Assembly: GCA_047150005.1 (NCBI GenBank)
Contig: AP038806.1
Location: 3,840,001 to 3,904,000 of the forward strand
Source of the DNA: Nitrospira sp.
GTDB lineage: Bacteria > Nitrospirota > Nitrospiria > Nitrospirales > Nitrospiraceae
Reading direction: 5' to 3'
DNA length: 64,000 nucleotides
In this document: positions 37,355-47,715 of the stretch, piece by piece
How the letters are laid out: each line of letters starts with the position of its first letter
How positions within the stretch are numbered: the stretch's first letter is position 1
Position numbers and translations under genes: made by a program
The notes under the pieces: model-generated
Database searches by the model: none
What the model was told of the DNA's origin: nothing
Seen by the model: only the letters and a program-made list of their open reading frames with translations

Positions 37355-38908
37355 ATGGCCAGCATCAAGCGGGCATTGATCAGCGTTTCGGACAAGACCG
37401 GGATCGTGGACTTAGCCAAGGGGCTCGAAACCTTGGGCGCCGAGATCCTTTCGACTGGGGGCACGGCCAAGGCGTTACGCGACGCCGGCGTCAAGGTCAC
37501 CGACGTGGCCGCCTATACCGGCTCGCCGGAAATTCTCGACGGCCGCGTCAAGACCTTGCATCCGAAAATTCACGGCGGCCTGCTGGGACGCCGATCTGTT
37601 CCGGCACACGTCGATCAGATGAAGCAGTACAACATCGGTCCCATCGATGCGGTCGTCGTCAATCTCTATCCGTTCGAAGCCACCATCTCCAAACCCCATT
37701 GCCCGTTCGACGACGCCATCGAGAATATCGACATCGGCGGCCCTTCGATGCTGCGGTCGGCCGCCAAGAACCATGAGGACGTCTTCGTCGTCGTCGATCC
37801 GGCCGACTATCCACGCGTGCTGGAGGCGGTCAAGAGCGTCGGCGATACAGGGCCCCTCCGCCGCGAGCTGGCCATGAAAGTCTTCCAGCACACGGCGCGC
37901 TACGACAGCGCGATCGCCGGCTATCTTGAAAAGCAGATCCACGGCGCTGCCGCCAAATTCCCGAAGATCCTGTCGTTGCAGTACGAACTGGCCGAAACGC
38001 TTCGCTACGGAGAAAACCCCCATCAGCAGGGCGCCTTTTATCGCGAACTCCACTCCCAGGAGCCGTCCGTCTCGCGCGGCAAGATACTTCACGGAAAGGC
38101 CATGTCGTACAACAATTTCCTTGATGCGAATTCCGCGCTGGAATTGGCTAAGGAGTACGAGGAGACGGCGGTCGCGATCATCAAGCACAACAATCCCTGC
38201 GGTGTCGCCTTGGGGACCACGCCGGTGGATGCCTATGTCAAAGCGCGCGAGACCGATCCGATTTCGGCCTTTGGAGGCGTTATCGCTTTCAACCGGCCTG
38301 TGGATCTCGCGGCAGCCAAGGAAATTACCTCGACGTTCGTGGAGGTCGTCGTGGCGCCTGGATTTGCCGACGACGCTCTGGCCGAACTCAAGCGCAAGAA
38401 AGATCTGCGACTCCTCGATGTCGGCCCTCTCGTACGGGTGAAACAAGAGGGCTATGACTTGAAAAAACTGGTTGGCGGCCTGATCGTGCAGGATCGCGAC
38501 CTGGGCGTACTCACGGATCTGCGGTCGCTCCCGGTTCCCACGGTCCGCAAGCCCACCGATGAAGAGTATGCGGCCTCCGCCTTCGCCTGGAAGGTCTGTA
38601 AACACGTCAAGTCCAACGCCATCATCTATGCCAAGCCTGGCCAGACGGTGGGGATTGGCGCCGGTCAGATGAGCCGGGTGGACAGCGTGAAACTGGCTGC
38701 GATGAAGGCGCAGATGCCCGTCAAAGGCTGCGTCATGGCGTCGGACGCCTTCTTTCCATTCCGGGACGGGCTCGACGCGGCGGCGCAAGCCGGCATCACC
38801 GCCGTCATTCAACCCGGGGGGTCCATTCGCGATGCGGAGATCGTCAAGGCCGCGGATGAGCACGGCTTGGCAATGATCCTCACGGGCATGCGCCACTTCC
38901 GCCACTGA
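37355..38908 (+). CDS. purH: Bifunctional AICAR formyltransferase/IMP cyclohydrolase
   Basis: RALISVSDK, GRVKTLHP, IDIGGPSM, LRYGENPHQ, ASDAFFPF, RHFRH. Confidence 0.98.
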   Translation: MASIKRALISVSDKTGIVDLAKGLETLGAEILSTGGTAKALRDAGVKVTDVAAYTGSPEILDGRVKTLHPKIHGGLLGRRSVPAHVDQMKQYNIGPIDAVVVNLYPFEATISKPHCPFDDAIENIDIGGPSMLRSAAKNHEDVFVVVDPADYPRVLEAVKSVGDTGPLRRELAMKVFQHTARYDSAIAGYLEKQIHGAAAKFPKILSLQYELAETLRYGENPHQQGAFYRELHSQEPSVSRGKILHGKAMSYNNFLDANSALELAKEYEETAVAIIKHNNPCGVALGTTPVDAYVKARETDPISAFGGVIAFNRPVDLAAAKEITSTFVEVVVAPGFADDALAELKRKKDLRLLDVGPLVRVKQEGYDLKKLVGGLIVQDRDLGVLTDLRSLPVPTVRKPTDEEYAASAFAWKVCKHVKSNAIIYAKPGQTVGIGAGQMSRVDSVKLAAMKAQMPVKGCVMASDAFFPFRDGLDAAAQAGITAVIQPGGSIRDAEIVKAADEHGLAMILTGMRHFRH

Positions 38909-39054
38909 CGGATGTCGGGACGACGTTCACACCTCACCGCCCTGTCGCACAGGGCGTCGATACGGCTTCTGGCGGACATGTCGGCGCCCCGCGGACAAGC
39001 ATCCTCCGGCGACCGTTCGAATTCTCCTTTCCCCGGATCGTACGGTGCGCCTTC

Positions 39055-40335
39055 GTGAATATTCTCGTCGTCGGAAGCGGGGGACGCGAACATGCCATCG
39101 TGTGGAAACTCGGACAGAGCCAGCGGAGGCCCGCCATTTTTTGTGCCCCCGGCAACGCCGGTATCGCATCGTTCGCAACCTGTGTGCCGATCGCGGCCCA
39201 TGACATCCAAGCCCTGAAAGACTTCGTCGTCCGCAACCACATCGATTTGACCGTCGTGGGACCGGAAACGCCGCTCGCCATGGGCATTGCCGATGAGTTT
39301 CGCAAACATCGCTTGAAAGTATTCGGTCCGACCAAGAAGGCGGCGCGCCTGGAAGCCAGCAAAAGTTTTTCCAAAGACCTCATGCGACGGGCCGGAATCC
39401 CCACCGCACGCGCGAAGAGCTTTACCGACACGGCGGCGGCACTCGCCTACGCGAGTGAGCATGACCTTCCTCAGGTGATCAAAGCGGACGGCCTCGCGCA
39501 GGGTAAAGGCGTGATCATCGCCACGACACACGAGCAGGCGCGGCAGGCGATCGTCGATTGCATGGAGAAGGCCGTCTTCGGGGAGGCCGGAAAAGAAGTC
39601 CTGATCGAGGAGTTTCTGACCGGAGAAGAGTTGACGATCATGGCCTTTACCGACGGCCGCACGATCGTACCGATGCCGCCGGCACAGGATCATAAGCGAG
39701 TCGGCGACGGGGACACCGGCCTGAACACCGGAGGAATGGGCGCCTATGCGCCCGCGCCGCTCGGCACACCGGAGCTTCGGGATCAGGTGCGGCGGCAAAT
39801 CCTGGAGCCGATCGTGACCCATCTCTCCAAGATGGGATCCCCGTTCCAGGGTGTCCTGTATGCCGGCCTGATGGTCGTCAAGGGCGTGCCGTATGTGCTG
39901 GAGTTCAACGCCCGGATGGGCGACCCGGAAACCCAAGTGGTGCTGCCGCTGCTGAAAACCGATTTGCTCGAGGTGATTGAAGCGGTCGTGGAGCATCGAC
40001 TGGATCAGCTGGACGTCGAATGGCGCGAGGACGCGGCCGTCTGTGTCGTGATGACGTCGGAAGGATATCCCGGCCCGTACCGAACCGGGGTTCCCATTCA
40101 GGGTTTGACGGAGACGTCCGTGGAGCACGCCGTCATTTTCCATGCGGGAACGGCCTTCGATCAGCAAGCAGTCGTGACCGCCGGCGGACGTGTCTTGGGT
40201 ATTACAGGCTTGGGCCCCGACATCGCGGCGGCTCAACAGACGGCCTATCGCGCCGTCCGCGCGCTGTCGTTTGAAGGCTGCCACTACCGCCGAGACATCG
40301 CCCATCGGGCGTTGAGCCCTCGCACATCGCGTTGA
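39055..40335 (+). CDS. purD: Phosphoribosylamine-glycine ligase
   Basis: VVGSGGREHA, KADGLAQGKGV, QDHKR, NTGGMGAY, EFNARMGDPE. Confidence 0.98.
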   Translation: MNILVVGSGGREHAIVWKLGQSQRRPAIFCAPGNAGIASFATCVPIAAHDIQALKDFVVRNHIDLTVVGPETPLAMGIADEFRKHRLKVFGPTKKAARLEASKSFSKDLMRRAGIPTARAKSFTDTAAALAYASEHDLPQVIKADGLAQGKGVIIATTHEQARQAIVDCMEKAVFGEAGKEVLIEEFLTGEELTIMAFTDGRTIVPMPPAQDHKRVGDGDTGLNTGGMGAYAPAPLGTPELRDQVRRQILEPIVTHLSKMGSPFQGVLYAGLMVVKGVPYVLEFNARMGDPETQVVLPLLKTDLLEVIEAVVEHRLDQLDVEWREDAAVCVVMTSEGYPGPYRTGVPIQGLTETSVEHAVIFHAGTAFDQQAVVTAGGRVLGITGLGPDIAAAQQTAYRAVRALSFEGCHYRRDIAHRALSPRTSR

Positions 40336-40352
40336 GCATCTCTTGCCGGCTC

Positions 40353-41000
40353 ATGGCCACCGTTCATCCACTGTCCCTGACCACGTTACCGGTTCTCGCT
40401 CCCTCCGTTCGTTCGGTGATTCAGAACGGAGGCTTGATCGCCATGCCGACCGAGACCTACTACGGTCTCGGCACAAGTCCGTTCGATGCCGGCGCCGTCG
40501 ATCGTTTGCTGCAGGTCAAGAACCGAGAGTACGGGAAGCCGATCCTGGTGCTCATCGGCGACGTGAACCAACTTCCCCTTGTGGTAGCCGATATGCCACG
40601 CGTCGGACACATACTCGCGGAAGCATTCTGGCCCGGCGCCCTGACCATTCTGCTGCCGGCCCATCCGGCGCTTCCTCGTCATCTCACCGGGGGGAGCGGG
40701 TGGGTGGGCGTGCGGCTGAGTTCCTGTTCATCGCTGACGGAACTCCTGAAGCAGACCGGTCCGGTGACCGGTACCAGCGCGAACCGCTCCGGAAGCCCGC
40801 CGTTGACTACTGCCGAGCAGGTGCAACGGGAGTTGGGTCTCGAGATCGATATGATCCTGGACGCAGGCAGGACGCCGGGCGGCCTACCGTCCACCGTCGT
40901 GGACGTCCGGGAACCGGTCCGACTTGTTCGAGAAGGCGCGATCCCTCGACAGACGATACGGAACGTGTTACAGACACACGAGATTGCGCTGACCGCTTAG
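40353..41000 (+). CDS. tsaC: L-threonylcarbamoyladenylate synthase (Sua5/YrdC)
   Basis: PTETYYGL, K.R...KP, FWPGALT, TGTSANRSG, PSTVVD. Confidence 0.92.
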   Translation: MATVHPLSLTTLPVLAPSVRSVIQNGGLIAMPTETYYGLGTSPFDAGAVDRLLQVKNREYGKPILVLIGDVNQLPLVVADMPRVGHILAEAFWPGALTILLPAHPALPRHLTGGSGWVGVRLSSCSSLTELLKQTGPVTGTSANRSGSPPLTTAEQVQRELGLEIDMILDAGRTPGGLPSTVVDVREPVRLVREGAIPRQTIRNVLQTHEIALTA

Positions 41001-41047
41001 ACCACAGCCACGGCAACGATCGCAGCCACGCACGGAGGAGGAGAGGC

Positions 41048-41476
41048 ATGACAATGGCGACACGGGTGATGAAGCAAGGAATGGCGGTACTGGCCATCGG
41101 TTGTACGCTGACCCTGGCCGGCTGCGACTACTGGCCACCGGCGCTCCAAACCCAGATCGAACAGCTTCGCTCGGAACTGCAGACCGTCACCGCCGAGAAG
41201 AGCCAACTGCAGACGCAGCTGGCGTCCATCACCAAGGTGAAGGACGACCTGCAAGTCCAGGTCGACGATCTCAGCCGCGCGAACCGCGACAAGAGCACCA
41301 TGATCGCCAGCCTCCAAAACAGCGTGACGGCTCTGCAAGAGCGGCTCAACAGGACGTCGAAAGCGGCGGGAGGCAAGGTCATCCCGGCCAAAGCGCAGGC
41401 CAAGGCAAAACCCAAAACCACGGTCAAGACGTCGGCCAAGAAACGACCGGCCGTCAAAGCGACCGTCAAGCGATAG
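41048..41476 (+). CDS. Coiled-coil lipoprotein with a Lys-rich tail
   Basis: RBS GGAGGA; lipobox LAGC; heptad pattern. Confidence 0.75.
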   Translation: MTMATRVMKQGMAVLAIGCTLTLAGCDYWPPALQTQIEQLRSELQTVTAEKSQLQTQLASITKVKDDLQVQVDDLSRANRDKSTMIASLQNSVTALQERLNRTSKAAGGKVIPAKAQAKAKPKTTVKTSAKKRPAVKATVKR

Positions 41477-41489
41477 AGGAGGCGGCCGG

Positions 41490-41873
41490 TTATTTTGACG
41501 AGGTCGTGGTGGGAGACGTCGCGGACGTGGAGTTGGAACTGGAATTGGAGCTGGCCGTGGAAGTCGGCGCCGCAGTCGACGTGCTCGTCGAAGGAGAAGC
41601 GGTCGCAGCCGCTGGCGAGGCGGTCGCGGGAGAAGGTTCTTTTTTGTCCGACGTCGCAGGGGTGGCAGGCTCTGCTCCTGACGGCGGTTTCAGCTTGTCC
41701 GAATAGTCGGTCACATACCAGCCGCTGCCCTTGAACATGATGGCTGGAGAAGAAATCAACCGCTTCACCGGCTTACCACAACGATCACAGGCGGCAATCG
41801 GATCCTCCTTGATACTCTGTTTCACTTCGAATTTGTACGCACATCCTTCGCACAGATACTCATAAATCGGCAC
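41490..41873 (-). CDS. FmdB-family zinc-ribbon protein
   Basis: PIYEYLCEGC...CDRCG...FKGSGWYVTDY. Confidence 0.9.
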   Translation of the reverse strand: MPIYEYLCEGCAYKFEVKQSIKEDPIAACDRCGKPVKRLISSPAIMFKGSGWYVTDYSDKLKPPSGAEPATPATSDKKEPSPATASPAAATASPSTSTSTAAPTSTASSNSSSNSTSATSPTTTSSK

Positions 41874-41909
41874 GACATTCCTCCTTCGCTCAATCGAACA
41901 GCTCAGCAG

Positions 41910-43103
41910 TCAGGTAAGTTGCGCCAAGGCATTGTCAAGTCGTTCCAGGCCCCGTTTGATTGTGTCCATACCCGTGGCGTAGGACAGACGGACATGAGCC
42001 TGACTGCCGAACGGCTCGCCCGGCACGACGGCGATATGCGCGGTCTTCAGTAAATAGTTGGCCAGATCCGTCGGGGTCTTGACCACACCATCGGGGCCGC
42101 GCCTGCCCAAGACGCCGGAGACATTGGGAAAGGCATAGAATGCGCCGGTCGGCATCCGGCACGAGACACCACGTATGCCATTCAACCCTTCCACAATCAC
42201 CCGTCGTCGCTGATCGAACTCCACGACCATCCGCGCGGTGAAGTCATCGCCGTCTCGCAACGCGGCCACCGCGGCCTTTTGGGAAATTGAGCAGGGATTC
42301 GACGTGCTCTGACTTTGAATGTTTCCCATCGCTGCGATCAGGTCTCGGGGACCCGCGGCATACCCGATTCGCCATCCCGTCATGGCATAGGCCTTGGACA
42401 CTCCGTTGATGATGATCGTACGGGCGGCGATGTCCGTGCCGAGTGTCGCGATGCTGATGTGGACGGTCCCGTCGTAGATGATTTTTTCGTAAATTTCGTC
42501 CGAGATCACCAGCAAATCATGGCGAAGCGCGATCGCGGCGATGGCTTCCAACGTCGCTCGGCCATAGGTCGCACCAGTCGGATTGCACGGGCTGTTGACG
42601 ATGATGGCTTTCGTGCGGGGCGTGACCAGGCGCTCAAGTTCCGCTGCATGGATCGCGTAGCCGTCTTTTTCGCTGGTGGGAAGCAGCACAGCCGTGGCGT
42701 CATTGAGGAGCGCCTGATCGGAATACGAGACCCAGTAGGGGGTGGGGATGATGATCTCGTCTCCCGCTTCCAATAGAGCTTCCGCCACGTTGTACAAAGA
42801 ATGTTTGGCTCCGCAGGAGATCAGAACCTGAGATTTCTCGTACCGAAGTCCCAACTCGCGTTGCAGCTTGTCGACGACGGCGCCGCGCAATTCCTCGGTT
42901 CCGGACGACGGCGTGTACTTGGTAAACCCGGCACGAATTGCCGCCTCGGCGGCAGATTTTACGGCTTCCGGCGTATCAAAGTCAGGTTCACCGGTCGAAA
43001 AGTCGATGACATCGATTCCTTGAGCCGCCATGGCTTTCGCCGTCGCAGCCATGGCCAACGTAGGGGAAGGAGCGATGCGGCCGACGCGGGAGGCCAGCTT
43101 CAT
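41910..43103 (-). CDS. aspC: Class I PLP aminotransferase (aspartate aminotransferase type)
   Basis: GEPDFDTP, NSPCNPTG, SDEIYE, SKAYAMTGWRIGY. Confidence 0.9.
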   Translation of the reverse strand: MKLASRVGRIAPSPTLAMAATAKAMAAQGIDVIDFSTGEPDFDTPEAVKSAAEAAIRAGFTKYTPSSGTEELRGAVVDKLQRELGLRYEKSQVLISCGAKHSLYNVAEALLEAGDEIIIPTPYWVSYSDQALLNDATAVLLPTSEKDGYAIHAAELERLVTPRTKAIIVNSPCNPTGATYGRATLEAIAAIALRHDLLVISDEIYEKIIYDGTVHISIATLGTDIAARTIIINGVSKAYAMTGWRIGYAAGPRDLIAAMGNIQSQSTSNPCSISQKAAVAALRDGDDFTARMVVEFDQRRRVIVEGLNGIRGVSCRMPTGAFYAFPNVSGVLGRRGPDGVVKTPTDLANYLLKTAHIAVVPGEPFGSQAHVRLSYATGMDTIKRGLERLDNALAQLT

Positions 43104-43588
43104 GGTTTCAGACTCCGTATACGTGTCTGGAGGCGCCGCGCCACCTCCGGATGAAGAAACGCGGTCAGCGGGCCCCCATGCATCGCGATATCCTTGATGA
43201 TCGTCGATGAGAGATACGAATATTCCTCGCTGGGCATCAAGAACACCGTTTCGACCCGCTTGGCCAGTTTGCGATTGACCAGCGCCATCTGAAATTCGTG
43301 CTCGAAATCCGAAATGGCGCGCAACCCTCGAATGATCGCATGCGCCCCGGACTGCTGAACGTAGTCCACCAGAAGTCCGTCAAATGTCACGACCTCGACC
43401 TGCCCGAGATCTTTCATGACCAACCTCACCATCTCGACGCGCTCCGTCATATCGAAGAGCGGATGCTTGGTCGGATTCGGAGCGACGGCCACAACCACTT
43501 TGTCGAACACCCGCAGGCTGCGCGTAATGATGTCCGTATGCCCATGGGTAATCGGATCGAAGGTGCCCGGATAGATGCCGATCTTCAT
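43100..43588 (-). CDS. coaD: Phosphopantetheine adenylyltransferase
   Basis: YPGTFDPITHGH, IIRGLRAISDFE.E, LSST. Confidence 0.97.
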   Translation of the reverse strand: MKIGIYPGTFDPITHGHTDIITRSLRVFDKVVVAVAPNPTKHPLFDMTERVEMVRLVMKDLGQVEVVTFDGLLVDYVQQSGAHAIIRGLRAISDFEHEFQMALVNRKLAKRVETVFLMPSEEYSYLSSTIIKDIAMHGGPLTAFLHPEVARRLQTRIRSLKP

Positions 43589-44157
43589 GCCGACGCCCGC
43601 TGACGCGGCGCCGCGCCGTAGAGCAGCAGGGCGGTATCGCCATACACATATCGCCGAATCAATGCCGCACCCGGAAATGACGCCGGCAACACCGCTTTCG
43701 CGTTTTGCTCGATGACCATCAGACCGTCCTCCACGAGAAGCTCCGTCGTCCACACCGTCCGCAACGTTTCGATCGCCTGCGTATCGGCGTATGGGGGGTC
43801 GGCGAAGACGACGTTATACGGCCCATCCCACCAATTAGGTCGAGCCAGGAAGTCCTGCGTACGACCGGCCCTGACGTGTACCTGATCCTCAAAGCCACAG
43901 ACCGCGAGATTCTTTCGCAGTACCTGCAGTGCGTGCGGGTCACATTCCACAAAGGTCACCGCCTCCGCCCCACGGCTGATCGCTTCGATCCCGACTGCTC
44001 CGGTTCCCGCATACAGATCCAGAAACCGGCCGCCCGGTACCCGAGGGTCGAGAATGGAAAACAGCGCCTCGCGCACCTTATCAGACGTGGGACGCAGCGT
44101 CGTCCCTTGTGGCCCACACAAGTGTCGACCTCGGTGGGAGCCGGCTATGATGCGCAT
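43585..44157 (-). CDS. rsmD: 16S rRNA m2G966 methyltransferase
   Basis: MRIIAG..RGR.L, RPTSDKVREALF, LDLYAGTG, FADPPY. Confidence 0.93.
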   Translation of the reverse strand: MRIIAGSHRGRHLCGPQGTTLRPTSDKVREALFSILDPRVPGGRFLDLYAGTGAVGIEAISRGAEAVTFVECDPHALQVLRKNLAVCGFEDQVHVRAGRTQDFLARPNWWDGPYNVVFADPPYADTQAIETLRTVWTTELLVEDGLMVIEQNAKAVLPASFPGAALIRRYVYGDTALLLYGAAPRQRASA

Positions 44158-44434
44158 AGTCAATCAGGTGAGAAGACGCTCAGGAGTCAATGACTCTAAC
44201 ATAGCGTTTTTGAAGGGGTCAAGGAGCGCGCACTGCGCGGGAAGCCGCAGAACGAACAGCTTCTACCATGCGGAGTCCTGGCCAAAATCCGATTCAGATG
44301 ATTGGTGCTATTTTGACGAGGTATGCGTGGCTGACTATAATTCGCGGACGTGGGGGCCGACCTAGGCGGCGAGAGGCGCCAGGGCGGAAAGACGACAGTT
44401 CGATCGCTCTCGCAACTGCGAGGATACCGAATCG

Positions 44435-44617
44435 CTATCGAGCCGCCACCGGCGTGCTCGGTTGCGCATCGCGTGCGGCAAGGCTCTTGCGGCGATTATT
44501 CGAAATCGTGCGATCGATGATCGCGCCGCAGTTGATACATTTCCAGGCGTAGAAAATCAGGAAGAAATCTGAGAACCGCTCCAGCATCATGAGGCCTTTG
44601 CACTTCGGACATTCCAT
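44435..44617 (-). CDS. Small C4 zinc-ribbon protein
   Basis: MECPKCKGLM..ERF....WKCINCG.IID; RBS GGGAGG. Confidence 0.75.
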   Translation of the reverse strand: MECPKCKGLMMLERFSDFFLIFYAWKCINCGAIIDRTISNNRRKSLAARDAQPSTPVAAR

Positions 44618-44661
44618 CGATCCCTCCCAGGTGATGACGTGCACAGCTGCCGGCCTGGCTA

Positions 44662-44677
44662 AGCAAGAGCTACACCA
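44662..44677 (-). promoter_or_regulatory. Sigma54 promoter of the small zinc-ribbon gene
   Basis: Minus strand TGGTGTAGCTCTTGCT (GG-N10-GC). Confidence 0.6.
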
Positions 44678-44832
44678 CATGGTCGCCATACGTAATTTCA
44701 ACACCTTAGCTGTTACGTATTTGCCACCAAGGGGGATCCAAGGCATCTTTTTCCGGTACAAAAACGTTCACCGTGTCATATTTTTGTTCGGGAAAAGCGG
44801 AAATCCAAGGGATGCGGACAGGAACGACAGGC

Positions 44833-45555
44833 ATGAGTATCTCGCACTGGCCGGAGGCTGAACGCCCCCGCGAACGACTCTTGGCTCGGGGCGCAGCCGC
44901 CCTGACCGATGCACAGCTGCTGGCCATCTTGCTGCGGGTGGGCCGACACCGGTCCACCGCGGTCGAAGTCGGCATGGACGTCCTCCACCGTGTGGGGGGA
45001 CTCAACGGGTTAGCTCGATGCGGACTTGAAGAGCTGTGTGCCGTCCCCGGCATCGGTGAGGCGAAGGCCGCGCAACTCAAGGCCGCGCTGGAGCTGGGGC
45101 GACGCGCGATGGCGTCGCCCCTGTCGAAAGGCACGAGGATTTCTTCCAGCCGAGATCTGTTCAACCACTTTCATTCCAGCCTGCGCGATCTCCGTCACGA
45201 GATTTTTAAGGTTGTGCTCTTGGACGCCAAACACAGCATCGTGCGGGAAGCCACGGTCTCGGAAGGCAGTCTGACCCTCAGCATCGTCCACCCCCGCGAG
45301 GTATTTTCGCTGGCCGTGAAGGAATCCGCGGCAGCGGTGATCTTCCTGCATAATCATCCGAGCGGCGATCCCACTCCCAGCCGGGAAGACCGACTGCTCA
45401 CCGCCAGACTGGTCGCGGCCGGGGAGATTCTCGGGATTCGCGTACTTGACCATCTCGTCATCGGTGACGGACACTATGTCAGTTTTGCCGATCAAGGATG
45501 GCTGCATCAATCCGGCAAAGCTGACCTGACGCCAGAGGAGGCTATCGAACTGTAA
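44833..45555 (+). CDS. radC: RadC/JAB-domain protein
   Basis: ERPRERLL..GA..L.D..LLAILL, VHPREVF, HNHPSGDPTPSRED, LDHLVIG. Confidence 0.95.
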   Translation: MSISHWPEAERPRERLLARGAAALTDAQLLAILLRVGRHRSTAVEVGMDVLHRVGGLNGLARCGLEELCAVPGIGEAKAAQLKAALELGRRAMASPLSKGTRISSSRDLFNHFHSSLRDLRHEIFKVVLLDAKHSIVREATVSEGSLTLSIVHPREVFSLAVKESAAAVIFLHNHPSGDPTPSREDRLLTARLVAAGEILGIRVLDHLVIGDGHYVSFADQGWLHQSGKADLTPEEAIEL

Positions 45556-45605
45556 CGCATCTCTCCGGAAGACCAGACACTTCCGGCAAACCAGAGGAGG
45601 GCCCC

Positions 45606-47708
45606 ATGAACGAGCTGCGGACCGCGTCTCTCAGGAATGTGGCTGTGATCGGGAGCCGGGGAGCAGGAAAAACGTCACTCACAGAGGCACTGCTCTTCTG
45701 TGCCGGGGCCGTCTCGAAACTCGGCACGATCGCCCAAGGCTCGACCGTATCGGACTTCGAACCGGAAGAACAGCACCATCGCAGCTCCGTGAGCACCGGT
45801 CTCCTCCGATTCGCGTGGAATCAGGTTTCCATCACGCTCCTCGACACACCCGGCTCGTTAAGCCTCCTCGGCGAGCCGCTGACCGCACTTGAAGCCGCCG
45901 ATGCCGTCATCGTCGTGCTGAATCCCGACACCGGCATCCGCAGTGAACTGATTCGGCTCTGGACCCGCGTCCGTGAACGCCAACTCCCGTGTCTGTTGTT
46001 CATCAATGAGCCCGAGAACCATTCGAAACCGCTCGACGACCTGTTGGCCGCTTGCCGGCGGGACCTCGATATCAGTCCCATACCCATGACGCTGCCCCTC
46101 TATCACGACGGGGTGATGGAGGGAGTCGTCGACCTCCTCGGACAAATGGTCCTCCGCTCCAGAACCGACAGCCCCAAATGCGAGACCAGCGCCGTGCCTG
46201 AAATGATACAGCCTGAGGCCACCGAGGGGTTGAAGCGCCTGCAAGAGGCCGTCGCCGACATGGACGACCAATTGTTGGAACGATACCTCTCGGCAGGAGA
46301 GCTGACGGCCAGCGATTTGGCGACCGGTATTCGGATCGGCGTGCACAAGATCGGATTGGTTCCGCTCTACAGCGGCTCGGCGTTGAGAAATGTCGGGGTC
46401 TCGCCCTTGCTGGCGGCCATCAAGGACTGGCTTCCATCGCCGGAAGAGCGGCCGCAGGCGGTGCCCGTCACCGACGCGGACCAACTCGCCGGTGCGGAGA
46501 CTGTCACGTCCAAGCCTCATGGAGCGTCCTTTTCTGGATTCATCTTCAAGACCCTCATCGATCCGTTTGTCGGGCGCCTGTCTTACGTCCGTATCGTCTC
46601 GGGAGTCTTGCAGACCGACTCCATCATTTTTAACGGATCGAGACAGATCAAAGAGAAATGCGGTCATTTGTATACGCTGCTCGGAAAAAAACACACGGCG
46701 GTCCCATCGGCCATGGCAGGGGAGATCATCGCCATCGGGAAACTGAAAGACGCCCAGACGGGGGATACCCTGTGCGAGGAGCGAGATCCGGTCCGCTATG
46801 CTTGGCCGGCCCTTCCTCGTCCTGTGTTGTCGTTCGCCGTCGAACCGAAATCCGGCGCCGACATCGACAAGGTCAGTCTTGGCCTCCACAAGTTGATTGA
46901 AGAGGACCCGACGCTCGATTTTTCACGAAACGCGGACACGAAGGAAATGGTCCTGAGCGGCATGGGACAGCTCCATCTCGATCTGGCTCTGGAAAAATTG
47001 CATCGCAAGTATGGAGCCGAAGTCGTCATTCACATCCCAAAGATCCCGTACCGGGAGACGATCCGCGGCACGGCTCAGGCACAGGGCAAGTACAAGAAGC
47101 AGACCGGCGGCCACGGTCAATACGGCGACTGCTGGCTTGAGATCGTCCCGACCGCCAGAGGAACAGGATTTTCGTTCGAAAACCGGATCGTAGGAGGCGT
47201 CATCCCGAGAAATTTCATTCCCGCCGTCGAAAAGGGGGTCGTGGAGGCCATGCACCACGGCACGCTCGCGGGATTTCCCGTCGTCGACATCCGCGTGGCG
47301 GTCTATGACGGGTCATATCATGTCGTCGACTCCTCGGAGATGTCATTCAAGATCGCGGCCTCCATGGCCTTCAAGAAAGCGATGGAGACGGCCCATCCTG
47401 TGCTTCTGGAACCGGTGATGACGGTGGAAATCGAGGCACCGGCCGACCATATCGGCGCGGTGATCGGCGATCTCAACGCTCGGCGGGGTAGGATCCTGCA
47501 CGTGGAGGCCAGAGGGCATGCCGAACTGGTCAAGGCGTTGGTCCCCCTGTCCGAACTCCTCACCTACACCACGACTCTCAACGCGTTGACCGGCGGGGGA
47601 GGGAGCTATGTGATGGAGTTGGCGCGCTATGAGGAGGTCCCTCGAGAGATCACCCTGAAGATCCTGGAGGAGCAGAAAGCGGCGCGGCAGACCGTCGCCA
47701 CCTCATGA
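45606..47708 (+). CDS. Elongation factor G paralogue with a divergent G domain
   Basis: GSRGAGKTS, DTPG, EEDPT, GMGQLHL, KKQTGGHGQYG, DGSYHVVDSSEMSF, LLEPVM. Confidence 0.9.
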   Translation: MNELRTASLRNVAVIGSRGAGKTSLTEALLFCAGAVSKLGTIAQGSTVSDFEPEEQHHRSSVSTGLLRFAWNQVSITLLDTPGSLSLLGEPLTALEAADAVIVVLNPDTGIRSELIRLWTRVRERQLPCLLFINEPENHSKPLDDLLAACRRDLDISPIPMTLPLYHDGVMEGVVDLLGQMVLRSRTDSPKCETSAVPEMIQPEATEGLKRLQEAVADMDDQLLERYLSAGELTASDLATGIRIGVHKIGLVPLYSGSALRNVGVSPLLAAIKDWLPSPEERPQAVPVTDADQLAGAETVTSKPHGASFSGFIFKTLIDPFVGRLSYVRIVSGVLQTDSIIFNGSRQIKEKCGHLYTLLGKKHTAVPSAMAGEIIAIGKLKDAQTGDTLCEERDPVRYAWPALPRPVLSFAVEPKSGADIDKVSLGLHKLIEEDPTLDFSRNADTKEMVLSGMGQLHLDLALEKLHRKYGAEVVIHIPKIPYRETIRGTAQAQGKYKKQTGGHGQYGDCWLEIVPTARGTGFSFENRIVGGVIPRNFIPAVEKGVVEAMHHGTLAGFPVVDIRVAVYDGSYHVVDSSEMSFKIAASMAFKKAMETAHPVLLEPVMTVEIEAPADHIGAVIGDLNARRGRILHVEARGHAELVKALVPLSELLTYTTTLNALTGGGGSYVMELARYEEVPREITLKILEEQKAARQTVATS

Positions 47709-47715
47709 CGAAGCC

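Noticed and set aside
26776..40305. Long antisense ORFs opposite radA (26776-28305), purH (37475-38905) and purD (38809-40305)
   Set aside because: Expected from GC-rich codon usage; the sense genes carry all the conserved motifs
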